Shown here in pieces: positions 1 through 12,103 of a stretch of 64,000 nucleotides of DNA. The stretch is taken from the NCBI GenBank assembly GCA_965655095.1, contig OZ296653.1, positions 27,590,001 through 27,654,000 on the forward strand, read 5' to 3'. The DNA is from Haplodiscus bocki. Taxonomy: Eukaryota. The position numbers and the translations under genes were made by a program. The notes below the pieces were generated by a model. It did no database searches, was not told where the DNA came from, and was given only the letters and a program-made list of their open reading frames with translations. Position 1 is the stretch's first letter; each line of letters begins with the position of its first letter.

Positions 1-232
1 TTTTACCTTCTTCAACAAAAGCTTTTCCTATTTTTTCAAGAATTAACCTATGGCTTCAGCTTCTTTTGTGGTGTCACTAACACTCATTGATTTTGTTTCT
101 ATTACATCGAACACATTTACCAAAGAAAAAATTTTGACCCATTTCAGTTATATCAGGTTCGATAGATATAGTTGCAATTTGATGAAAACCGCCTACACTA
201 TAAAAACTAGACTTAAAATTTTGAAAGCTCAT
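1..232 (-). pseudogene. Small virion-type protein remnant (pX/protein-VI-like, amphipathic) of Polinton-like element; runs off window start
   Basis: Manual translation from the ATG at 232 gives MSFQNFKSSFYSVGGFHQIAT...GKCVRCNRNKSMSVSDTTKEAEAIG*FLK(K)IGKAF, with frameshifts. It resembles the CxxCNRKKSMxVSDxTIxAEGLGxFFKxLGK family as I recall it. Confidence 0.5.
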
Positions 233-239
233 TCAGTTT

Positions 240-1353
240 TTAAAATTTTTTTCAAATTGAAGTAATTATCATGTTTTTTCCTTGGAACCAAGCTTGAGTT
301 TGTCTTCATCTTCTGCATAAAAAGATTTGATATTTCAAAAAAATTTGTTTGCTTTTTGTAATGTACTGTTTGTGGTTAACAAAAATTTTCCAATCCGGCG
401 ATTCATCTAAAGCAAACCTAACTAGTATTGGTTCTCTTACACCAATCAATATTGATCCATTTCTACAACACTTCAAATGAAAAATGTATAATCTGCTTAT
501 ATCTAAATTATTTCAACTAATGTTTTCGAAATTGGGGTCATAAACTCAATGTGGTGTAAGAACTAATATTGTTTCATTAAATTTTTTTGATCAAATCTCT
601 GATCACTGTCTGTTTTGAATCTTGAATTGGTTGTGATTTTACCAAAAGAAACGGTAGTTTTCAAAAAGTTGTCTAAAGTGCTATTAATGTCCCTAACTTC
701 ATATATTCCCTTTGGAATCTAACAAGCATCAGAAATAGAGTTTTATTTTGTTGAAAGAAACCTAGTAAATGGTTTTTCCAACCTGTTTTTCCTAAGAAAG
801 GTTTCAAAATCTTAGTGACTGCTCGTAATCTCTAAAAGTAAATTTCATTTTGAAACTTTATCAATGTTACTAGTTGTACTATAATCAATTACTTTTTCTG
901 TTAAGTGTAATATTTTCCTCAGTTTATTTATGTCGTCAACTTCCATTTCTTTTAAGGTATCAAAAACAGCTGGTCTCATTTCCTTACCTTTTAGACCTTG
1001 CTGGTTTATTTTTTTAACGTCAATTTTCAAATTTTTTGAGAAATCGTTGTGGTTGTTCACTAATACCCTTCTTCTCCATATTTTCATAAAATTCAGACAT
1101 AAGTCTTTCGTTAGTTTTTTTTAAAAAAAAGGTTTTTATACTTCTAAACTAAATAATCCTAACATCCATTTTCCATCTTTTAATGAAAGAGCAGAATCAA
1201 ATGAAAAATTGTCCCTTGGTTTCGTTAATTTAAAATCTAATTTCTCTTGTGGTTTTGTCTTCGTGTGTTTATTAGGTGTATTGGTGTTTTTCAAAATTGA
1301 AAAAAAAACTCTTCAGGTAGTTTTTCGATGTATATGTTTTTAAATTCAATCAT
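240..1353 (-). pseudogene. Minor capsid (penton)-like protein remnant, Polinton-like element
   Basis: Broken reading frames give KTKPQEKLDFKLTKPRDNFSF...KWMLGLFSLEV and FHLKCCRNGSILIGVREPILVRFALDESPDWKIF...VHYKK. These match the recalled penton pattern IHLKCDxIDGSxVNGxRQPILxSFxLDKPxGYKxFxEPxxIHYKK. Confidence 0.65.
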
Positions 1354-1959
1354 TTCATTATAATTTTGTTATGTACAAAGGAAAAGTCATAGTCTCACCA
1401 TTAAAACCAACAAAAATTACCATCAAGTTTTGTTAAAGAGGATTAAAACTTTTACTAATTATTTTTCTGTAAAATTAGGACTATTATTTTTCATTTTTAT
1501 ACATTTGATCATTGAATTTATTTTATTGTATCATGGCATGAAATTTAGTTCTATATTGTATGATTTGGAAAGCGAATATGTAGAAAAAAAGGCCATCCAA
1601 AATAAATGAAACTAAGATTAAAATTAAAAAGTTGTTTTTTGCTTTGTGATTTTTAATGTATTCTTCAAGTAGTTTTTTTAATCGGCACATTTTTTTGAGT
1701 TTGATTTTTTTCCAACAATTTATTCAAATTATCGTCAAGAGTTCCTGTTTTTGATAAGTGTTAAAAAAAATTTTGTTTTTGGTCTCTCAAAGCCTATTTA
1801 CGTATTTAAAAAAAACTATCAATGTTTTAAAATATGTATTTTTCTATCTGATAATGTCAAAAGATTCAACATACTTTTCCAGTATATTCCATGTATTTTT
1901 CAGTTTATGTACATAAAGAAGCAAACTTTGTTCACAGAGTGTAGCTACATAAGTCGGTT

Positions 1960-2700
1960 TTTGGTTGCTGTTGAACACTAGAACGTTAGTGTTGTTAGAA
2001 TTGAACTTGCAGACAAATTAGGCGAAGTGTTGAATTTTTCTCACAGTTAAATTTTTTTGAAAGGTGTGACAGCGTTTTCTGGCGCTGAAAATGATTCAAT
2101 TTCGGAGGGAAACTCCATTCACCTTCTTTTACGCGCGTGAAAGTATATGTTTTTTGGAGATTCTGTGGATACTATTGAAACATCTGGGGATGTAGTTCAG
2201 GCAGTTATTTCTAAAAACGGAAATAACAACCAACAATATTCAATCGCCTATTCACAGAAAGGTGTGTAGTTTTTAAAATAAATCTGACGTGATATTATAA
2301 AAACCTATAGAAGACGAAAACATAAGAGGAGACTACTCGAAAAGGATGAATCATTGGAGTGTACAGTTTTGTTCATGGATGAAAATCAGTTTGATGAAAA
2401 TGAAAGCCTTTCAATAGCTCAAACAGCTCAAAAACTTTGAAGTGCTTTACTCCAAAATTTCAATTAAATTCAGGGAAGATGAAAAAGTTTATTATGAAGA
2501 ACAATATGCTCCAGCTGAAGTAAATGGCCCGAACGAACAAGAAAAATGTCCTATTATAACGTGAGTTTTAGGCGTTCGTCAAGGCGCTCATCAGTATTTG
2601 TGTGAGAAAAGTTACACTTTAGGTAGAATTGGATAAAAATGTGTTGTCTTTTTAAAAACAATCTTATCCAATAAAAAGATAACAAGTGTAGTAGTTTTTA
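1960..2700 (+). pseudogene. Diverged copy of the viral accessory gene with C-terminal RING finger
   Basis: Aligns by eye with 8720-9434: shared ggttgctgttgaa start, acagcgttttctggc, and catcagtatttgtgtgag RING remnant. Many stops. Confidence 0.5.
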
Positions 2701-2783
2701 CGCAGGAAAATAAACCAATCCTTTTATTGTTTCGATTGATTTTCACCACTGGTACAAGGCACGTTTAGTTATATATACGTACA

Positions 2784-2788
<5 letters not shown>

Positions 2789-2817
<29 letters not shown>
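2789..2817. repeat. (TA)n microsatellite
   Basis: Visible AT dinucleotide run. Confidence 0.9.
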
Positions 2818-2820
<3 letters not shown>

Positions 2821-3942
2821 ATTTATATTTTATTTCAGGGAATCTAACTACGGAAAACGTTCCATGGTTGCTGTTGAAAAGCTGAATGTTAGTGGTGTTA
2901 GACATGAAAAAATTAAAAAATTTTATGAAGTGTTGAATGTTTTTAGAGTTAAGTTTTGTTTAAGTGATGTTACAGCATTTTCAGGGTCTAAAGATGATGC
3001 ACTTTGGGAAGGAGATTCCATGCTTTTTTTAAACTGGTGTAGGTATGTTTTTTGGAGGTTCGGTATATAATTTTGAAACCTCTGGGGTTGTAATTGAAGG
3101 GCTTGCTTCTAATATGGGAAACAGCAACCAACATTATCCAATCACCTATAGACAGAAAGCTGTATTAAATTTTTACATGTAAATATGAGATTTGAGGTTG
3201 ACTCACAAGTTTTTTCTCTGGTGAGAAAAATTGAGGTGATTTTGCAGGTTCTATAGGGCAATTTATAATTTTCGGATGTTAGTCTGGTATCATTCAAAGA
3301 TGTTTTTTCTTACTGTATCGGTAGGAAGTTAGGTGAGTATTTGATAAACAAAAGGCAGCGCATTAACTATCAATTCCTTGTTTCTTATATTCACAAGAAG
3401 CACATTCTCGTTTCATTTTGATGAAAAAATCAGATAATACTTTCGGTGGAGAACGACCATAAGAATCAAAAACTTTTCATTTTTTCCTGCTACCTAATGT
3501 GTGCTTTTAGTGTGGTGAAAAATAACATTATCAATCTTTAAGGAAATTTAGTTGTCTCTCCTGTAAATTTCTGTAATTAATCTTTTTTTTGTTCAGCACC
3601 TTTCTTTTTAAATTTGATGTTGGTTGCTTTTTCAAATTAATTTTTTAATTAATTTCTCTCATGGATAATCTCAATAAATTTTATCTAATTCTAGTTCTCC
3701 GTTTGATCTTGTACCGACGGTAATATACTCCTTAAAAATGTCTTCTATATTTTGAAATCCATCAAAAAGACATACATCATAAATTCTTTGTATTGTAGTT
3801 TTAAGTAAATTATCTATGACATTATTGCATTCTAAAATAAAAACTTAGTTAAAGACATATCAAATGCTTTTAAAGTTGACTCTACACTTTATTTTAGAGT
3901 AGTCTTAGCTTCTCTCAATTTTTAATTGTCATATAAAGTTAT

Positions 3943-4200
3943 TTACTTGTTGAAGTTTTTGAAGTTTTGTTCTATATATTTTGTTTTACTTTGTGAATAT
4001 TTAAACGGCTCTGCTCTTGTTGTTATTTTCAAATTTAGTTCAGTCGTTTCTTTATCTTGTGTTTTTTTGCCAGTAGCATCAAAATAAATTTTGCTTTTAC
4101 CGAATTTGTCATAACTTATATAACTCAATATATCAATTCTTAGGATTTCGATGAAGTCTTTTTTCAATACACCCTCGACATAGTTAGCCTTTTTCATCAT
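3943..4200 (-). pseudogene. Fragment of an uncharacterised Polinton-like accessory gene (copy 2 at 7453-7710)
   Basis: 85-aa ORF (KKANYVEGVLKKDFIEILRID...YIEQNFK) duplicated with only two amino-acid changes; part of a longer frameshifted frame. Confidence 0.4.
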
Positions 4201-4318
4201 TGATTTTTTCCAAAGTTTTTCTTTGCCTTCTTCTAACTTTCTTTAGTCATATTCACCTAATTTTTTTTGATGTTTTTAGTTCTCTCTATTCATTTCCAGA
4301 AATGCATCTCCTGAATTT

Positions 4319-4852
4319 TTATATCCTTTTTTTTACAGCTGGTATCGTTGCTACTAATTCGTCTGCTCTTTCTGATTGTGTCAACAGTGATTGGGATTTA
4401 TTGTCTTCCAAGTATCGTATTGTTGGTTTTTCCATAGTTTTCTCATTTGATGCTAGTTCTATTGTATTTATTATAAATAAATAAACTGTTTCTTTAAGAC
4501 TTTCATCCAAAATCTTTTTATTAATTTCACTGATTTCATTTTTAGTAGGAGTACCTCCTTGGCTCATAGAGCCAGCTTCAACTTTAATTGAGCTCAAAAA
4601 ACTTGGTTTGGAGTTTTTCTTATTACTTTACCGATTAGATGGGCTGATCATCTTTATATTTTCCTTTATCTTTCAAGTGTTGAATCGGCGCAGCGTAAAT
4701 CTTTTGCAATTTTTTTTTCTTGTACATTTCGAACTATAAGTTTTCATTTCCATACATTTCATCAATAAAGTTGGTTTACATAATCTTAGTGCACAGTTTG
4801 AGTCTATATTGTCTTGTTCGGAAAATGAAGCCAAAGAAAGAGAAGAGGACAT
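4319..4852 (-). pseudogene. HTH DNA-binding protein remnant (copy 1)
   Basis: Paralog of 7829-8360 within the tandem unit; frameshifted. Confidence 0.5.
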
Positions 4853-5211
4853 TTGTAAAAAATGAAACTTACTTTGACAGGGTCAGTTTTTCCTTCGTGA
4901 TTGTTAAAATAATCCTCAAGTAATCCTAACAAACGGAACAGTCATGTAAAAATTATTTTATTAATTTCAATTCAAAACAGCATGAAGATTTCCTGTTTTA
5001 GAAAATTGTTCCACAGAAAACGTAATTGTATTTGTTCTCTCAAATCCCATTTAGAAATAAAAAAAAACTACCAAAATTTTAAAATGTGTTTTTCCAAGTC
5101 ACGATCTCACAAGGTTCAACTTGTCTTTCAACTATACTCGTTTTAATGTTCATTTTACATACAAACTAAACGCAATTTTATTTCAGAGAATCTAACTACG
5201 GAAAACCTTCC

Positions 5212-5935
5212 ATGGTTGCTGTTGAAAAGCTGAACGTTAGTGGTGTTATAAATAAAAATATTTAAAAAAATATGTGAAGTTTTGAATGTTTTTATAGTTA
5301 ATTTTTGTTTAAGTGATGTTACAGCATTTTCAGGGTCTAAAGATGATGCAGTTTGGGAGGGAGATTCCATGCTTTTTTTAAAGTGGTTTCTGTATGTTTT
5401 TTGTAGATTCGGTATTTAATTTTGAAACCTCTGGGGTTGTAATTGAAGGGCTTGCTTCTAATATGGGAAACAGCAACCAACATTATCCAATCACCTATAG
5501 ACAGAGGGCTGTATAAATTTTTTACATGTAAATATGAGTTTTGATTAGATGAACCTATAGCAGATGAAAACAAAGGGAAGAGACAAAACCGAAATGGATG
5601 AGTCATGATTGTACTGATTTATTCATGGTTGAAAATGAAATTGATAAATGAAAAATTCATTCGTTAAATTTAATAGCTCATAGATTTTGAAGTAATTTTC
5701 CCAAAACTAATTTTTGACACTATGGAAAATGAAGTAGACTTTGAAGAACAATGTGCTCTAGTTGCTCTTGATGGCACGAATAAAATATTTTCATCAGAAT
5801 GTTGCTATTTGCCCAAATGACGCAAAACCAAGCGTTTATGTTTTCGTCAATGTGGTCATCAGTGTTTGTCTGAGGATTGTTACATTTTAGGGAGAAATGC
5901 AAAGAACTGTATCAATTGTTGAACAGAACAATCTT
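5212..5935 (+). pseudogene. Viral accessory gene with C-terminal C3HC4 RING finger (copy in unit 1)
   Basis: Ends in FRQCGHQCLSEDCYILGRNAKNCINC*. Paralog of 8720-9434. Confidence 0.6.
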
Positions 5936-7828
5936 TTCCATTGAATGGTTGCAAGTGATGTAACGTTTTTGCAGGGAAGAATGACACTTCTTTTTATGGT
6001 TTGGACTGATTTTTACCACCGGTATAAGGCATTCAGGTATATGTATACGCCTTTAGTTTAAAAAGGCTCACTCGAGGAGCGATTTTCGCTGCTTGAACGA
6101 AGTGTTTTGTTACAGCAAGAGAAAAAGATTCACCAAAAACATAGAATTTGTAAGGTGGGACCCAAAACTTTTTATGGGGGTACCTTTACTTTGTTTATAT
6201 ATATTGGCTCCTATAATTTTTTTGACTTGGGTCTGTATCTTTTTTTTACATGATTTCAACAATTTTCTGTATTATTGTTTTTTACAAGTTGTAGTTTTCT
6301 TTTAAATTAACTGAAATTGGTTTTTGATAGCTGTAGTTGTTGCCTATAAATATTATCTTCCAAAAAAATTGATTAACCAACTAGTATAGATTCATTCTTT
6401 AAACCATCACTAGCATTTGGATGAAAATTATTTTATAGATTTTTTTGATACTGCTAAAGTTGATCTATTTTACCATTGGTACAATGCTCAATTAAAAAGA
6501 GGTCCATTTCTCCATAGATATAAACGTGTGTGTGTGAGCGCGCGAAAAAAATATGCTCAACGTAAAGATAAGCGTATGTTGACTTTTTTGATTGATTTCA
6601 GGTATTTTTTAATTTTAAGAAGTACGACCAGGACTGCTGTAAGAAGAATGGCCAAGTTAAGCAAATTTTTTTTGTATTTTTTGACGTTTTGAAGTTGGGA
6701 AGTTTTGAGGTTGACTCACAAGTTTTTTCTCTGGTGAGAAAAATTGAGGTGATTTTGCAGGTTCTATAGGGTAGTTTATAAATTTCGGAGGTTAGTCTGG
6801 TATCATTCAAAGATGTTTTTTCTTACTGTATCGGTAGGAAGTTAGGTGAGTATTTGATAAACAAAAGGCAGCGCATTAACTATCAATTGCTTGTTTCTTA
6901 TATTCACAAGAAGCACATTCTCGTTTCATTTTGATGAAAAAATCAGATAATACTTTCGGTGGAGAACGACCATAAGAATCAAAAACTTTTCATTTTTTCC
7001 TGCTACCCAATGTGTGCTTTTAGTGTGGTGAAAAATAACATTATCAATCTTTAAGGAAATTTAGTTGTCTCTCCTGTAAATTTCTGTAATTAATCTTTTT
7101 TTTGTTCAGCACCTCTTTTTAAATTTGATGTTGGTTGCTTTTTCAAATTAATTGTTTAATTAATTTCTCTCATGGATAATCTCAATAAATTGTATCTAAT
7201 TCTAGTTCTCCGTTTGATTTTGTACCGACGGTATAATACTCCTTAAAAAGTTCGTCTATATTTTGAAATCCATCAAAAAGACATACATCATAAATTCTTT
7301 GTATTGTAGTTTTAAGTAAATTATCTATGATATTATTGCATTCTAAAAAATTAACTTAGTTAAAGACATATCAAATGCTTTTAAAGTTGACTCTACACTT
7401 TTTTTAGAGTAGTCTTAGCTTCTCTCAATTTTTAATTGTCATATAAAGTTATTTACTTGTTGAAGTCTTTGAAGTTTTGTTCTATATATTTTGTTTTACT
7501 TTGTGAATATTTAAACTGCTCTGCTCTTGTTGTTATTTTCAAATTTAGTTCAGTCGTTTCTTTATCTTGTGTTTTTTTGCCAGTAGCATCAAAATAAATT
7601 TTACTTTTACCGAATTTGTCATAACTTATATAACTCAATATATCAATTCTTAGGATTTCGATGAAGTCTTTTTTCAATACACCCTCGACATAGTTAGCCT
7701 TTTTCATCATTGATTTTTTCCAAAGTTTTTCTTTGCTTTCTTCTAACTTTCTTTAGTCATATTCACCTAAAATTTTTTGATGTTTTTAGTTCTCTCTATT
7801 CATTTCCAAAAATGCATCTCCTGAATTT

Positions 7829-8360
7829 TTATATCGTTTTTTTAACAGCTGGTATCGTTGCTACTGATTCTTCTGCTCTTTCTGGTTGTGTCAACAGTGA
7901 TTGGGATTTATTGTCTTCCAAGTTTTGTATTGTTCGTTTTTTCATAGTTTTGTGATTTGTTGCTAGTTCTATTGTATTTATTATGAATAAATATACTGTT
8001 TCACCAAGACTTTCATCCAAAATCTTTTTAATAATTTCACTGTTTTCATTTTTAGTAGGAGTACCTCCTTGGCTCACAGAGCCAGCTTCAACTTTAATTG
8101 AGCTCAAAAAACTTGGTTTGGAGTTTTTTTTATTACTTTTCCTATTAGAAGGGCTAATCATCTTTATATCTCCTTTATCGTTCAAGTGTTGAATCAGCGC
8201 AGCCTAAATCTTTTGCAATTTGTTTTCGTGTACATTTCGAACTATTAGTTTTCATTTCCATACATTTCATCGGTAAAGTTGGTTTACATAATCTTAGTGC
8301 AGAGTTTGAGTCTATATTGTCTTGTTCGGAAAATGAATCCAAAGAAAGAGAAGAAGACAT
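7829..8360 (-). pseudogene. HTH DNA-binding protein remnant (copy 2)
   Basis: ORF 8175-8360 ends in TRKQIAKDLGCADSTLER, a helix-turn-helix pattern. It continues via a frameshift into GDIKMISP (ORF 7829-8185). Confidence 0.6.
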
Positions 8361-8719
8361 TTGTAAAAAATGAAATTTACTCTGAAAGTGTCAATTTTTC
8401 CTTCGTGATTATTAAAATAATCCTCAAGTAATCCTAATAAACGGAACAGTCCTGTAAAAATTATTTTATTAATTTCCATTCAAAACAGCGTGAAGATTTC
8501 CTGTTTTAGAAAATTGATCCACAGAAAACCTAATTGTTTTTGTTCTCTCAAATCCCATTTAGGTATATAAAAAAACTACCAAAATTTTAAAATGTGTCTT
8601 TCCAAGTGACGATCTCACAAGGTTCAACTTATCTTTCAACTATAATCGTTTTAATGTTCATTTTACATACAAACTAAACGAAATTTTATTTCAGAGAATC
8701 TAACTACGGAAAACGTTCC

Positions 8720-9434
8720 ATGGTTGCTGTTGAAAAGCTGAACGTTAGTGGTGTTAGAAATGAAAATATTTAAAAAATTATGTGAAGTTTTGAATGTTTT
8801 TATAGTTAAATTTTGTTTAAGTGATGTTACAGCTTTTTCAGGGTCTAAAGATGATGCAGTTTGGGAGGGAGATTCCATGCTTTTTTTAAAGTGGTTTATG
8901 TATGTTTTTTGTAGATTCGGTATATAATTTTGAAACCTCTGGGGTTGTAATTGAAGGGCTTGCTTCTAATATGGGAAACAGCAACCAACATTATCCAATC
9001 ACCTATAGACAGAGGGCTGTATAAATTTTTTACATGTAAATATGAGTTTTGATTAGATGAACCTATAGCAGATGAAAACAAAGGGAAGAGACAAAACCGA
9101 AATGGATGAGTCATGATTGTACTGATTTATTCATGGTTGAAAATGAAATTGATAAATGAAAAATCCATTCGTTAAATTTAATAGCTCATAGGTTTACAAG
9201 TGATTTTCCCAAAATTTATTTTGACACTATGGAAGATGAAGTAGATTTTAAAGAACAATGTGCTCTAGTTGCTTTTGATGGCACCAATAAAATTATTTCA
9301 TCAGAATTGTGCTATTTGCCCAATTGACGAGAAACCAAATTTTATGTTTTGGTCAATGTGGTCATCAGTGTTTGTGTGAGGAGTGTTACATTTTAGGGAG
9401 AAATGCAAAGAACTGTATTAATTGCAGAACATAA
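8720..9434 (+). pseudogene. Viral accessory gene with C-terminal C3HC4 (IAP/Mdm2-type) RING finger
   Basis: Begins MVAVEKLNVSG and contains ASNMGNSNQHYPI. C-terminus reads CAIC...QCGHQCLCEECYILGRNAKNCINCRT* with one frameshift inside the RING. Confidence 0.65.
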
Positions 9435-10649
9435 TCTTTTCCATTGAATGGTTGCAAGTGATGTAATTTTTTGCAGGGAAGAATGACACTTCGTTTTTTG
9501 ATTTGCACTAATTTTTACCACTGGTATAAGGCATGCAGATATATGTATACGCCTTTAATTTGGAAAAGCTCACTCGAGTGGCGATTTTCGCTGTTTGAAC
9601 GAAGTGATTTTTCTGCAGCAAGAGAAATGTATACAACAGAAATTAGAAAAGTTGTTTGGTGGGACCTTAAAACTTTATGGGGTTATCTATAATATATAAA
9701 TTTTTCTTTTGCTCCTTTATTTTTTCGTTCTCGATCTGTATCTATAACCCGGATTATGTCTGCAAACCGCAAGTTATATACTCCAATTATATAGTATATT
9801 TCTAATTGAAGTGATTTTTTTAAAATCATTGAAATCACTAATTGAAATATATATATTTCTTGACTTTTCATCAATCTTAGCTTTAATAGTTTTAGCTGTT
9901 GCCTTGATTTAATATTTTTTGAGTTTCACTGGCCAACTAATATAAATTCAGTCTTTGAAGCATCACCAACATTAGGATGAAGTTTATTTGTTTATATAGT
10001 TGTTTGACACAGCGAAAACTGATCTATTTTACCACTGGTATAATGCTCAATGAAAAATGATCTACTTACTTACCATTGGTATAAATGTTTGTGTGTGCAA
10101 AAAGAAATATGCACAACGTATAAATGAGCATTTGATTATATTTTTTAATGAGTTTAGGTTATATTTAATGGTTGAAAAAACGGCCACCCAGCCGTAAGAA
10201 GTATGGCTGAATTTAGAACGTTTTTGGCAGTTATTGTTTTTTAAGTTGGAAGTTTTTGGAGGTTTTTCGGGTGATTAAGAAGTTTTCGAGGTTAGTCTAG
10301 TATCATCAAAATTTTTGCCGTATGGATGTCTCCAGTCAATCATGCCTATGATGCACGGATCACGAAAGACATTTGAAATCATGATTCGAGTTGTAACTGA
10401 CACCTTCAGAAGTACTACACCAGCTCTCAACCAAGAGTTTGTATTTGGTTGAGAATGGGTGCCGTCTCAAAAATCATATTCAGACAACTAGCTGTTACGC
10501 AGTCTCATTCAAACAATTGATATGCCAATCATGTGTTTTCAGGTTATGCTATTTTGCTGCCCATTGTTCAAGAGTTTTGCACCGAAAAATTGCGAATTAG
10601 ATAGACCTAATCCGACCAGAAGTCATTGAGGAGGACACTTCAAACGAAT

Positions 10650-11080
10650 GACACACGTTGAAACATCGTTGATTGAATTTTAATATTCAAGAATTTTTGT
10701 CACAAAATTATGAAACTGTTTATCCCTGCCACTCTACAAGACATTTGGGTAACGAGAGTTCGAATAAGCACTGGCTAGAGGCAGTCCGAGCTGTAGCTTT
10801 CAAGAAAATTATTTTTGAAAAAGGACAACTGAAAAAATTTTGTTTTTTGAATTGTTCATTAGATACAATTTCAAATGATTACGTACCGCTGTTCATTTCA
10901 TTTAAAAACAAAACAAGCTTGATAATAGGCCATGTGAAAAAGTTTGACAGGCAGCAATGCGACATGAAAAAAATTGCACTAGTGTGATCGCATATTTTGC
11001 CAGCGAACGCATATTTTGCTAGTTGGATGCACATGAAAAAGAAAGCCCCCGTTCGTAATTCACTTCGTTTGTTCCCTCGT
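10650..11080 (+). mobile_element. Possible Penelope-like GIY-YIG 3' remnant
   Basis: YPCHSTRHLG...KH, SLIIGH and MHMKKKAPV resemble decayed YIGxTxRxLxxRxxEH / SAIxxH / IHIKKxKPxLN motifs. Weak. Confidence 0.3.
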
Positions 11081-12103
11081 GTAAATGTAAATCCAGATCA
11101 AATTGAAATCGAAGCCTAACTTCACTGTGCTGTGACAACAAAAATGTTAACGTTTCAAAATTAATAAATTTCATACTGATTGTGTAAGAATAATTCAAAA
11201 CGATGACAAGCCTCGGTTAATTGAAAATTTTACAAAACTGCCCTTGTTTAAAGTATATACTTAGTTGAAAAACGAACAATTTTCCACATTGAACTTTTTG
11301 AGCATCCGAACATTTTCAGGTTGAACTCATTCAAAGTTATTTCATGAGAAATTTCGCTCTACACCATGGACACACAAAATCCCAATATATTCAACAACCA
11401 TGTATGTGGGACTCAGTCGCAAACTAAGTAATTACTCAATCAGGTGGTCCCCCACTGAGTTTTCAATTGCTCCGGAATTGATTCTTTACTATCATTTTTC
11501 ATTTATTTTGGTTACTAGCAAACCTTCTGCCAGATCGGCAGATTAAATTTCCAATATGTCCAAGACATTTTAAAGACCGTTGCATTTTTTTTGGCTTAGA
11601 AGTCACTGTTATAACGCTGAATAAATAAAGCAGGCGAGTGAATGTAGCGGACGACTTGACGAACTCACTCGTTTCCTTCATTCGGTCTGATCATCATGAC
11701 GCCATTGCCGAAAGACTATCACTGAGTTTAATCTCGTTTTTATTGGCTCGCTATTTTCACTAGCTGGCTTCTGTCTTTCAGCAACGACGTCAGAAAGATT
11801 TTGATAGTTTTGAAAAACCCAGACACGGTTCGCCATCTGCGTTATATATTGGATTCTTGGAATTAAGTGTTGCTGTGAACTGAGTAGAAAAATTAGTAGC
11901 AAACTACATTAAGCATTAGCTTCAAAAGTCGAGACAGTTTTTCCCCAAAAAACGGAATTTGTAAATTCAAACTAGTGGTTATAAATAGTACTTTCATAAA
12001 AACGATTCAAAATTTGTGAATTCATAATTTGTGAACATTGTTAGATTTTATTGACAACAAATAGAAGCAGAAGTATTAATATTGTTAAAAATTTTTGGTT
12101 TCA

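Larger units (their letters stand above)
1..10310. mobile_element. Degenerate Polinton/Maverick (adintovirus-like) endogenous element arm, internally tandem-duplicated
   Basis: Frameshifted remnants of a minor-capsid-like gene (240-1353), a small Cys-rich/amphipathic gene (1-232), and RING and HTH accessory genes. The penton-like and small genes recur in the same order in the pPolB/integrase-bearing relic at 28953-38900. Boundaries are approximate. Confidence 0.7.
3191..10310 (+). repeat. Tandem duplication, two ~3.51-kb units (3191-6702 and 6703-~10310), plus a partial unit at 2837-3187
   Basis: tttgaggttgactcacaag occurs at 3191 and 6703. Near-identical ORF pairs: 3943-4200/7453-7710 and 5155-5370/8663-8878. 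Identity drops after about 9190. Confidence 0.95.
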
